Shown here piece by piece: positions 50,489 through 59,731 of a stretch of 61,409 bases of DNA. The stretch lies in the NCBI GenBank assembly GCA_964500015.1, contig CAZCMN010000001.1, positions 1 to 61,409 of the forward strand, in the 5' to 3' direction. Position 1 is the first letter of the stretch. Every line of letters starts with the position of its first letter. The notes under the pieces were generated by a model that searched no databases, was not told where the DNA came from, and saw only the letters and a list, made by a program, of their open reading frames with translations. This DNA is from Candidatus Woesearchaeota archaeon (GTDB lineage Archaea; Nanobdellota; Nanobdellia; Pacearchaeales; UBA284). A program made the translations under genes and the position numbers.

Positions 50489-51115
50489 TTAAAAATATTC
50501 TTTCCACTTTTCTTTAATTTCTTCTAGATTTTGTTTCGTCAGATCAAAAACTCTCTCTTCATGTTTATTAAATTCATCCAAAATTTCAAAAAATTCTTCT
50601 TCTTTTACAGGGTTGAGATTAAATTCATTGCAAACTTCTTTAATCTCTTCAAGAATTTTATCAATATCTCCTTTTTCGTGAACTACTTTTTCAGCTTCAA
50701 AATAATCAAGAATATTTGTTTTAACTAAAGCAAATTCAATTTCTTGATAGATAAAAACAAAAGTTTTAGTTGCTTGAATTTTTCCTTTATTCCATTCAAG
50801 AAACTTAAACAACTCCACTGCTTTATCAAAATCTTCTGATTTTATTGGAATTAGAATTTCTTTTCTTCCTTCACTTCCCTTGACATAGCCATATTTCAAA
50901 ACAATTTCAGGTTTTTTATTGGTGATTCTGACTTTTAAATCAACTTTCTCATTTTTTAGAGTTTCTTTTTTTAAAGCATCAGATAAACTTAATCCAGGTC
51001 TAGCAAATAATAAAGTAAACCTATCTTTTTCTTCAACAAACTTAGCTTTTTTTCTAAATTCTTCCAGGGTTTTTTCAAAATTTTCTATTTTTCCGCGAAC
51101 TTCAACTTCTATCAT
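50489..51115 (-). CDS. CYTH-domain protein (CyaB / thiamine-triphosphatase-like)
   Basis: N-terminal IEVEVRGKI (ExExK), alternating charged beta strands over about 150 aa, plus helical C-terminal extension. Confidence 0.7.
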   Translation of the reverse strand: MIEVEVRGKIENFEKTLEEFRKKAKFVEEKDRFTLLFARPGLSLSDALKKETLKNEKVDLKVRITNKKPEIVLKYGYVKGSEGRKEILIPIKSEDFDKAVELFKFLEWNKGKIQATKTFVFIYQEIEFALVKTNILDYFEAEKVVHEKGDIDKILEEIKEVCNEFNLNPVKEEEFFEILDEFNKHEERVFDLTKQNLEEIKEKWKEYF

Positions 51116-51148
51116 AAAAAGTTAAAGGAAAAGAATACTTAAGATTTT

Positions 51149-51619
51149 CTATTGTCGAGCAGACATCATTTGAAGATGTGCTTTCCATCTTGAAATCATT
51201 TTTTTATTAAATGCTCTTGCCCGCTCAAGACCTCTTCTTTCTTCTAAAGGATCAACTAATGTAGGATCTGAAGGACTTAAAGAAAGTGCATAGGCATAAT
51301 AAAAAACAGCAAATTTACGACAATGTACTGAAATATCTATCCAAGAGCATAATTGTGCGTCTTTTGCAGCTTTATCAAAATCTACTGCTGCATTCCGAGC
51401 ATAATCAAAGGTTTGATATTTCCTAAATAATTCAGCATATACTCTTGCAGCATAATATTTGTGATATAATGCTCTTGCCCCATTCCTTCTCCAGTCTTCT
51501 CCAACTTCACTATAATTTCTTGCTGTCTCTTCATCTAGGGGATAATCTGATTTGTCAATTAAAGAGAAAATTGTTTCTTTTTCAACTATGTCATCTAAAG
51601 CTAGCATGTCAAAAGACAA
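51149..51619 (-). CDS. hypothetical helical protein (156 aa, GC-richer)
   Basis: ORF; weak similarity to 52163..52660 (FDKAAKDAQL vs YSKAAKNANL). Confidence 0.45.
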   Translation of the reverse strand: MSFDMLALDDIVEKETIFSLIDKSDYPLDEETARNYSEVGEDWRRNGARALYHKYYAARVYAELFRKYQTFDYARNAAVDFDKAAKDAQLCSWIDISVHCRKFAVFYYAYALSLSPSDPTLVDPLEERRGLERARAFNKKMISRWKAHLQMMSARQ

Positions 51620-51642
51620 GAAAGAAGTTTAAAAACTTAACT

Positions 51643-52113
51643 TTAGATAAAAGCTAATAAATTCAAGATAGCAGCAAACGCCACCCAAACAAGATAAGGA
51701 ACTAAAAGCCACATAGATGTTTTATTTATTTTCCTTGTAACAGAAATCATCATCCAGATAGAGGCCCATAAGAAAATTATTTCAATAAACCCCAATAACG
51801 GATTTCTTAAGTAAAAGAAAAACAAGCTCCATAAAACATTCAAGACAAGATTTATTCCAAATACTAAAGCTACTTTCTGCCTGTCTTCTTTATTTTTTGA
51901 ATTTGTCCAGGCAAGATATAAAGAAATTGCAATTAAAACAAATAATGTTGTCCAAGCAATTGGAAAAACAAAATTCGGAGGCGTAATAGAAGGTTTAATC
52001 TGTTGATACCACGAGCTAGATGTGCTAGAACTTGTAAACAAACTTCCTATAAAAGCAACTAAAATAACAATTACAAACGATACAATTAATGGAACTATTC
52101 TTATCTTTGCCAT
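51643..52113 (-). CDS. tspO: TspO/MBR tryptophan-rich sensory protein
   Basis: WYQQIKPSITPPNFVFPIAWTTLFVLIAISLYLAW, 5 TM, W-rich. Confidence 0.85.
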   Translation of the reverse strand: MAKIRIVPLIVSFVIVILVAFIGSLFTSSSTSSSWYQQIKPSITPPNFVFPIAWTTLFVLIAISLYLAWTNSKNKEDRQKVALVFGINLVLNVLWSLFFFYLRNPLLGFIEIIFLWASIWMMISVTRKINKTSMWLLVPYLVWVAFAAILNLLAFI

Positions 52114-52162
52114 CTTCTTTTATTCAGAAAAATAGTTTTTTGTTCTTTTAAATTTTTGTTTT

Positions 52163-52660
52163 TTAAGTGTAAAATCCAAGTTGTTCATAATCAAATCTTT
52201 CAAAAAATTTCAAGATATCTTTTGTTTCAATCTCGATATTCCTTCTAATTCCTGTTTTGCTTTTTTCACCCCTACAAGAAAGGAGAGCATCAGAAAATAA
52301 TCTATGAGAAAGCATTCTACATCTAATAGCACTTTGATGATGTTTTGGAAGGAGATTAGCGTTTTTAGCTGCCTTGCTATAAGCATATGCTGCTTGTATA
52401 ATCATTGTCCAATTAGGGTTTTCAGGAGTTTTATCACAATAAATTAAAGATTCAAAACTTCTTGCAGCAGCAACTTTCAAACAATATGCTGCCCAGCAGT
52501 CATATCTCCAAATCATGTCTGCAGTTCGAGAAACAATATCTGCATTAGTAGGATCTAAAGAGTATTTTCCTTTTAATAATATATCTCGGGCAAATGTCGG
52601 ACCCTCATTCCATGGAACAAATTTCCTATATTTCCCCTCATATCGTTCTGGCACAATCAT
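52163..52660 (-). CDS. hypothetical helical protein (165 aa, GC-richer)
   Basis: ORF; possible distant paralog of 51149..51619. Confidence 0.45.
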   Translation of the reverse strand: MIVPERYEGKYRKFVPWNEGPTFARDILLKGKYSLDPTNADIVSRTADMIWRYDCWAAYCLKVAAARSFESLIYCDKTPENPNWTMIIQAAYAYSKAAKNANLLPKHHQSAIRCRMLSHRLFSDALLSCRGEKSKTGIRRNIEIETKDILKFFERFDYEQLGFYT

Positions 52661-52832
52661 CCCAATACATTCACAACCCCTTTAAATAAACTCATGTAAT
52701 CCTTTATATAAAGAAAATCTTGAGAATTAAATACATTTATAAATCCTTTATTTTTTACTAATTATAAGAAGTAGTTGCACACAGCAGACGAATTCTTAAG
52801 AAGAGATAAAATGCATAAGGAGGATTTTTAAA

Positions 52833-53102
52833 ATGCCATATGGCGGTGGTTTTGGACGAGGATTTAAACGATCTTTTGGGCCTAGGACAATGACTAAAAT
52901 CAAATGTTCTGAATGCGGCAAAGAAGATGAAGTTCCTTTCAAACCAAGAGAAGGCACCCCAGTTTATTGCAGGGAATGTTTTTTCAAGAAAAAAGGAATA
53001 ACACCAAGAGAGAAAAAAGAAGAAACACCAGAAACAGAAGAAGTCGTTGAGAATCCAGAAGAAACAAAAGAAGAAGAAACACCAGAAGAGAAAGAAGACT
53101 AA
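52833..53102 (+). CDS. CxxC...CxxC zinc-ribbon protein with G/R-rich N-terminus and acidic tail
   Basis: CSECGKEDEVPFKPREGTPVYCRECF; GGAGG SD upstream. Confidence 0.6.
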   Translation: MPYGGGFGRGFKRSFGPRTMTKIKCSECGKEDEVPFKPREGTPVYCRECFFKKKGITPREKKEETPETEEVVENPEETKEEETPEEKED

Positions 53103-53216
53103 ACTCTTCTAATTTTTAATTAATTTTATTTTTTTATATTTTGTTTTCGAGAACTCTCAAGAAGACTTTGAATATTCTGGTATGATTGATCACAACTTAT
53201 CTCGCATTGGCAAAGT

Positions 53217-56200
53217 TTAATCCATCTCCAGGATATATCTTGTGCGGATATTTTTCTTTTGATTCCTTCTAGCAATAATAATGTAAGTTATCAGTCCAGA
53301 AAGTATCAAGATGACTGCTCCCAAACCCCAAAAATTCCATGTTGGTTCATCATACTCTTCACCTTCTTTGCAGTCTGATGGGCAATTTTCATTAGTTTCT
53401 CCTAATTCGCATCTTGTATTTCCACATATACTTGCAATTGCTCTTAATTCATTTATAAAAAGATTTGCTTTTCCAGAAATGACATTCACAAGCCCAATTT
53501 CTATATCATTAACACTATCATCATTTATATCCATCTTTTTTGATTCCCCTGTCTTTAGATTAACCATAAGTGGGTCAGAAAAAATAATTATTGTGACAGA
53601 ATCATTTGTTACATTCATGAATGCAATCTTATGTTTTTCAGGTGTTGAAGTTGTGCTTCCAGTTAAATTAAAATTTATAATATCTCCTCTGCCTCCTTCA
53701 ATGTTTATCTTTCTTATCACTACATTTTCTTCAAAACCATTGATCTGCTGTAGATTATTATCAATAGATATATTTTCATTTAATTCGCTCTGATTTGCGT
53801 TATTTTCAGAGATGGGACTACTACCGCCACCACCGCCTCCTCCACCACCTCCGTTGTGTGGGGCATTATAATTCACACTAAAAGTTCTGTTTGTTGTGAA
53901 GTTTGAGTTTCCTGCAGCATCATTGCATCTTACTCCCCAAACATAGTTTCCATTTGGTATGCTAGAAAGAGTTGTGTTCCAGGAAGTATCATTTTGTGGA
54001 TATGAATTTGTACTTGCACTAGTCCAAGTTCCGTAGATATTTGTCCATAACTCTAATGTATTTACTTCAATATTATCTGAGCATTTCATCTCAAATGATA
54101 CTGATGAGCTAGATGAAATATAATTCTCAACAGGGTTTGTTCCAAAAGATGCTACTGGATTAGTTGAATCAATCCAAACAGTATAAGAATCATTCAATGC
54201 CATGTTCCTTAAACTATCATTCACATAAACATAAATTTTTTTATTTCCATCTGTTAAATTAGTTAATGCATATGTTCCATTACACCACCCATTATTAACT
54301 AATAAGGTTTGATTTCCCTGTTCATCTATGTTAATCAAGCAATGACTTGCTCCAATTCCCGTGTCTATTGCAGAGATATTAAAAATCAAGGAAGTTGAAT
54401 TTTTCTTTTTTGTTGCGTTTGTGTAAATTGGCAGAGTGATTATTGGGCTAGTTGTATCAATCATGAATGTTCTATTTGATTCATCAAACCTACACTCACT
54501 TTCATTATCACAGGCTAGACAATTCCAGGAATATGTTCCATCTGCTATTGCTTTTATGAATAGATTATAAGAACTATTAACTGGGCTTGAATTAGTTTGA
54601 TTAGCTTTCCAAGAGCCTGTCCAGTTTCCATACAAAGTAACATTTATTAGCTTAATATCATCTGAACCACTGCAGTTAAATAGAATACTATAGTTTGAAG
54701 AATTAAAATTATCAACTGGAGAATTTAATTTAATTTCTGGTGGTAAGATAGTGGATATGGCAACATTCCAGGTTTCTTCATCTGAAGTGTAGTTTTCATT
54801 TCCGCTCCAGTTGCACTTAAACCAAAATATGCCAAGGTTATTTAGTTGAGAAATATCCTCTATTGGTGATATCCCAGAATTCCATAAATTTATTCCAGAA
54901 GAATAGTTTGTCCACAATTCAACATATTTTTGAGAAGGAGAATTCATTCTGCAACTGAAATTCACGCTAGTCCCATTATGGTAATTTTTATTAGCTCTAG
55001 ATCCATTTAGATATAACCCTATATCTGAATTAGCTTTTTCAACTATAAATCCAGAAGAGTTACTTGTAGAAGTATAATTTTGTGTTTCAGAAACATTGCA
55101 TATATAATTATAGCTTGATGCAGTAAGTGTAACAAGTTGATTGTTTTCTGAAGTCACATCACTATTATTTCTATAAAGTTTTGCGTTTGCTTCTGAATTT
55201 GTGCATGAACAAGAAGCATTTACTTGTGTGCCATAGATTATCGGAGAAGTCTGATCAAAAATTAATGAACAAGTTGATGCTACTTTATTCATAACAAAAC
55301 TTTCATTATCATAATAAATTGTATAATTCTCTTGATCTGTTCTTATAACACTAAAGTTATAGTATCCTGCTCCAAGTGCTTGAACCGAATTATTTGTAAT
55401 TGCTGTCCCATTTATGTATAATGCAAACGCAGAATTGCAATTGCTGTAAGTTTTGAAAACATAAGGATAGGTTTGTGTGTTAGTTGTATTGAACAAAACA
55501 TCACAATTTCCCGAATTTTTACTAATAATCAGACTGTTTGAACTTGAAGCACCTGTGTAATTTTCATTTCCACTTGTATTGTAAGTATAATTATAAGCGC
55601 CATATCCTAAAGTAGTTATTTCTGGATTGTTTACCCCGGTGTTATTTCTATACAAATTACAAGTGACTGATGCAGGGCATCCAGAACCAGTAACATTTGT
55701 CTGTGTCCCATAATCTACAATCCAATTTGGTAAAGCATCTAGATTCAATGAAATTGCTGCCTTATTTATTGTAAAGAATTTTGTATCCTGAACATTAGTA
55801 TAATTCTCTTGATCTGTTCTTAGAACTGTAAAATTCCAATAACCTGCAGCTAGATTCTGTTCAGAATTATTTGTAATTGCTGTCCCATTTATGTATAATG
55901 CAAACGCAGAATTACAATTGCTATATACAATAAAAGAAGCAGGATAATTTAATGGGCTAGTTTCATTGAATAAAACATCACAGTTTCCTATATTTTTATT
56001 TATTATAAAAAATTCTGTATCCTGATTATTACTGTAATTTTCCTGATCTGTTCTAATCACTGTGAAACTATAAGAGCCAACAGCCAGAGACTGCACAGAA
56101 TCATTTGCAATTGGAACAGCATTTCTGTATAATGTAAAATCAGAATTGCAATTACTATAAACTCTGAAACTATCTGGATAATTTAATGGGCTAGTTGCAT

Positions 56201-59200
56201 TGAATAAAACATCGCAAGGTCCTGTGTTCTTATTAATAATTAGATTATTAGAAACACTATCCGCAGTATAATTCTCATTTCCACTTGCGTTATAACTATA
56301 ATTATATGTTCCATAACCTAAGGTGATTATTTCAGGATTGCTGGCCAATATGCTGTCTCTATAAAGGTTGCAGGTTAATTGGCTTGGGCAATTGCTACCG
56401 TTTACAGTAGTCTGAGTTAGGTATGCATTAGTCCAAGATGGAGAGCTTGCCAAATTTAATGAGATAGTTGCTTTATTTATTGTGAAATACTCTTCATCAT
56501 AATAATTAGTATAATTCTCATTATCCTTTCTTATAACACTAAAATTCCAGTAACCTGCTGCTAAATTTTGAACAGAATTATTCCCAATTACTGTTCCATT
56601 CCTGTACAATGTGAAATTACTATCGCAGTTGGTATAAACAAGAAAAGCATAAGGATATGTTTTCGGAGAAGTTGTATTAAAGAGGATATTACAGTTCCCA
56701 GTACTGTTCTGAACAGTCAAAATGTTTGAACTTGAAGCACCTGTGTAATTTTCATTTCCACTTGTATTGTAAGTATAATTATAAGCGCCATATCCTAAAG
56801 TAGTTATTTCTGGATTGTTTACCCCGGTGTTATTTCTATACAAATTACAAGTGACTGATGCAGGGCATCCAGAACCAGTAACATTTGTCTGTGTCCCATA
56901 ATCTACAATCCAATTTGGTAAAGCATCTAGATTCAATGAAATTGCTGCCTTATTTATTGTAAAGAATTTTGTATCCTGAACATTAGTATAATTCTCTTGA
57001 TCTGTTCTTAGAACTGTAAAATTCCAATAACCTGCAGCTAGATTCTGTTCAGAATTATTTAAAATAACTGAACCATTTCTATATAATACAAAATCAGAAT
57101 TGCAATTGCTATAAACTTTAAACACAGAAGGATATGTTTGTGGTGAACTTTCATTGAATAAAACATCACAAGAACTTGGATTTTTAATTATTGTAAATAT
57201 CCAGGAATTTGAAGAATTCCATTGGTTTGTTGAATCATTTGCATAGCTTTTCCAATACCATGTTCCTGCAGGAAGAGTTCTGGAATAATTATATTTATTT
57301 AAACCAAGACTGTTCATTGAATAATTCATAGCTGAGCTAGAAAAATTGCTTTCAAACCACGCAGTGCTTATAGATGATTCGTCCTGCCAAGTTATGTTGA
57401 AATAGCTTAAAGTTGTTGGAGAATAAGTTGAAACAATATCTGTTTGATTGCTGCCCCAGTAAGGAGGATTATTTGCTGGAATAATTGTTATCAAAACTTC
57501 ATCAAAATTAGGATTTCCTAAAGAATCATTGTAGAGGATAGTATAATTCCATAACCCCAAAGCTGAAGTATTCACAAAAACATTCAAAATTGTGTTATTG
57601 TTCCATGAAGCAGTTGTATTTTGAATACTTGAATTTCTTAAAATATAATAATAACCTGAAAAATAGCTATCATACAGAATCCACCCAATTGTTTCAGCAG
57701 TATTTTGGACATATTCTGCATTGATTGGGTTATTGTCGTAAGGGGAAATTGTATCAATTGTAAATGTTCTGTTATTCCCAATCCAGTCTTCTAAACTTGA
57801 GGTATCATTGCACCAGACTTGCCATTGATAATTTGTTCCATCAGGAATTCCTGTAACACTCACATTCAACCAAGTATCATTTGTATAACTTGAATTAGAA
57901 TAATTTGCTTCCCAAGTTCCGCTCCAGTTCCCATATAAGCTAATTGTTGAAATGCCAAGATTATCAGAACATTTCATGTCAAATGTTACACTTCCATCTG
58001 AGTCATTATAATTGTCAACTGGATTTGTTCCAAATGATGCTAAGGGAGGGGTTGAATCTGATTCATAAAGCGTCATCCAGATATAATTTGAAGGTAAAAT
58101 ATAATTTGTTGTCAAATTAACAATGCTCCAATTGTTTGCATATCCTACTAATGTTCCATTAAAATTATAATTTGTATCATGATACATTGCAGTTGCATTC
58201 TGCATGTATTCTCTTAAAATCAATCTTTGAATGTATCCCGAACTGTTTGTCAAAGACCAATTTTGTAGAATGCTGTTTGTATCTGTTGCACTTACATTTA
58301 CTGATTCTAAAGGATTTCCCCCAGTATCATTAACATAAACATCAGCATACCAGAAAACATTTATTTGCCCGGTGTCTAAAATGTTCGTATTGCTCTTGTT
58401 AAATGTACAGTTTGTGAAATTATTGATGCCTGAGCCACTAGAATATATGCTTGAGGCTCCAGAAGAAGAGGCATTGATGACAGTATCTTTTATAATATTG
58501 TTTGTTGAATCTGAACTAAGGACAATTCCATCACCACTAGAAGTTTTTATGTTGTTGTTTATAAAAGTGTTGTTGTCTGATGTGAAGTAAAGTCGAACTC
58601 CTGAAACACCAGTATTAGTAACAGTAATATTATTATAATAAAAATGATTATTAGAGCTAGAACTAGCAAGAGTAATTCCACCATTACCTGTGCTAGTCTT
58701 GTAAATGTTGTTATTATAAACATAATTATTAGAACAAGTTCCAAAATAAATACCATTGGTACTTGTACCAGTTACAGTAATATTATTGTTTGTTATGTTA
58801 TTATTATATGAATTTGGCCATAATTCAATTCCAGATGCACTATTCCCTATAGTTGAAATAGAATTATTAAAAATTGTTCCATTAGTTACATTAATATAAA
58901 AAATCGCATAAGCATTAACATAAGAACTGCTTGTTTGTTTTATAACACAATTCTTTATAGTTGTATTGATTTTATTAGAAACAATGCCATAAACTGATGA
59001 ACTTAAGGAATAATTGATTGTGAAACCTTGGCAATCCAAAGTCACATTATCAGCTGTAATATTAAAACAAGTTCCAGGCGAGGAAACATTTTGAATTAAA
59101 GTATAAACAGTATTTGCCATGTTTAAATTACGGCAAAAACTTACATTAGAGCCTGTTTCAACACTAAACGTTCTATTGTCGGTGATGTTTGTCAATCCAG

Positions 59201-59672
59201 TTGTATCATTGCACCAGACAGCCCATTTATGATTGCTTCCTTGAGGAATTCCTGTAACACTTATATTGAGCCAAGTATTATTTGTATATGATGAATTTGT
59301 GTAATTTGCATGCCAAATTCCTGTTGTGTTTATCCATAATTGTATTATATCAACAGCAGCATTGTCATAACATTTCATATCAAATGTTATTGAATTGCTC
59401 GATGAATTATAATTATCAATAGGGTTTGTTCCCAAACTTGCTACTGGCGCGATTGTATCTGGAGCAACATGAATACTCACGTTAGCGTTCCAATTTTCAG
59501 AATCTGCAGTATAATTCTCATTTCCACTCCAATTACAAGTAAAAAACCATGACCCTGCGATGGATAAATTAGTTCCGTTAGTTAATGGGCTTGTTCCCTC
59601 GTCCCATAATTTTAGTATTCCGTCAGAGAAATTAGTGTAGATATTAACTGTTCCCGAAGCAGGGGTTACCAA
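53217..59672 (-). CDS. giant sequon-rich surface protein, C-terminal 2151-aa part (beta-helix region, Ig-like modules, about 135-aa tandem modules, poly-Gly, C-terminal TM anchor)
   Basis: track start is TTG and the frame stays open to 59777 with homologous sequence; NNITVTG.../NNIY beta-helix repeats; WNFWGLGAVILILSGLITYIIIARRNQKK anchor. Confidence 0.8.
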   Translation of the reverse strand: MVTPASGTVNIYTNFSDGILKLWDEGTSPLTNGTNLSIAGSWFFTCNWSGNENYTADSENWNANVSIHVAPDTIAPVASLGTNPIDNYNSSSNSITFDMKCYDNAAVDIIQLWINTTGIWHANYTNSSYTNNTWLNISVTGIPQGSNHKWAVWCNDTTGLTNITDNRTFSVETGSNVSFCRNLNMANTVYTLIQNVSSPGTCFNITADNVTLDCQGFTINYSLSSSVYGIVSNKINTTIKNCVIKQTSSSYVNAYAIFYINVTNGTIFNNSISTIGNSASGIELWPNSYNNNITNNNITVTGTSTNGIYFGTCSNNYVYNNNIYKTSTGNGGITLASSSSNNHFYYNNITVTNTGVSGVRLYFTSDNNTFINNNIKTSSGDGIVLSSDSTNNIIKDTVINASSSGASSIYSSGSGINNFTNCTFNKSNTNILDTGQINVFWYADVYVNDTGGNPLESVNVSATDTNSILQNWSLTNSSGYIQRLILREYMQNATAMYHDTNYNFNGTLVGYANNWSIVNLTTNYILPSNYIWMTLYESDSTPPLASFGTNPVDNYNDSDGSVTFDMKCSDNLGISTISLYGNWSGTWEANYSNSSYTNDTWLNVSVTGIPDGTNYQWQVWCNDTSSLEDWIGNNRTFTIDTISPYDNNPINAEYVQNTAETIGWILYDSYFSGYYYILRNSSIQNTTASWNNNTILNVFVNTSALGLWNYTILYNDSLGNPNFDEVLITIIPANNPPYWGSNQTDIVSTYSPTTLSYFNITWQDESSISTAWFESNFSSSAMNYSMNSLGLNKYNYSRTLPAGTWYWKSYANDSTNQWNSSNSWIFTIIKNPSSCDVLFNESSPQTYPSVFKVYSNCNSDFVLYRNGSVILNNSEQNLAAGYWNFTVLRTDQENYTNVQDTKFFTINKAAISLNLDALPNWIVDYGTQTNVTGSGCPASVTCNLYRNNTGVNNPEITTLGYGAYNYTYNTSGNENYTGASSSNILTVQNSTGNCNILFNTTSPKTYPYAFLVYTNCDSNFTLYRNGTVIGNNSVQNLAAGYWNFSVIRKDNENYTNYYDEEYFTINKATISLNLASSPSWTNAYLTQTTVNGSNCPSQLTCNLYRDSILASNPEIITLGYGTYNYSYNASGNENYTADSVSNNLIINKNTGPCDVLFNATSPLNYPDSFRVYSNCNSDFTLYRNAVPIANDSVQSLAVGSYSFTVIRTDQENYSNNQDTEFFIINKNIGNCDVLFNETSPLNYPASFIVYSNCNSAFALYINGTAITNNSEQNLAAGYWNFTVLRTDQENYTNVQDTKFFTINKAAISLNLDALPNWIVDYGTQTNVTGSGCPASVTCNLYRNNTGVNNPEITTLGYGAYNYTYNTSGNENYTGASSSNSLIISKNSGNCDVLFNTTNTQTYPYVFKTYSNCNSAFALYINGTAITNNSVQALGAGYYNFSVIRTDQENYTIYYDNESFVMNKVASTCSLIFDQTSPIIYGTQVNASCSCTNSEANAKLYRNNSDVTSENNQLVTLTASSYNYICNVSETQNYTSTSNSSGFIVEKANSDIGLYLNGSRANKNYHNGTSVNFSCRMNSPSQKYVELWTNYSSGINLWNSGISPIEDISQLNNLGIFWFKCNWSGNENYTSDEETWNVAISTILPPEIKLNSPVDNFNSSNYSILFNCSGSDDIKLINVTLYGNWTGSWKANQTNSSPVNSSYNLFIKAIADGTYSWNCLACDNESECRFDESNRTFMIDTTSPIITLPIYTNATKKKNSTSLIFNISAIDTGIGASHCLINIDEQGNQTLLVNNGWCNGTYALTNLTDGNKKIYVYVNDSLRNMALNDSYTVWIDSTNPVASFGTNPVENYISSSSSVSFEMKCSDNIEVNTLELWTNIYGTWTSASTNSYPQNDTSWNTTLSSIPNGNYVWGVRCNDAAGNSNFTTNRTFSVNYNAPHNGGGGGGGGGGSSPISENNANQSELNENISIDNNLQQINGFEENVVIRKINIEGGRGDIINFNLTGSTTSTPEKHKIAFMNVTNDSVTIIIFSDPLMVNLKTGESKKMDINDDSVNDIEIGLVNVISGKANLFINELRAIASICGNTRCELGETNENCPSDCKEGEEYDEPTWNFWGLGAVILILSGLITYIIIARRNQKKNIRTRYILEMD
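55535..55872. repeat. 338-bp perfect direct repeat, copy 1 (inside the giant gene)
   Basis: compared base by base with 56723..57060; offset 1188 bp (396 codons, in frame). Confidence 0.9.
56723..57060. repeat. 338-bp perfect direct repeat, copy 2
   Basis: identical to 55535..55872. Confidence 0.9.
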
Positions 59673-59731
59673 TGAGCAGGTTATATTCGCAAGGTCATAT
59701 CGAGTATAATTTTTATCCCCTCTGGTTCCGT

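Noticed and set aside
53823-53852. The poly-Gly run as a slippage-prone DNA homopolymer
   Set aside because: The ten Gly codons are mixed (plus strand ccgccaccaccgcctcctccaccacctcc), so there is no long mononucleotide tract. It is more likely a flexible hinge.
55535-57060. Reading the 338-bp repeat pair as a DGR template/variable-repeat pair
   Set aside because: The copies are 100% identical with no adenine-specific mismatches, both are coding modules of the same gene, and no RT is nearby. Recent duplication or gene conversion, or an assembly issue, fits better.
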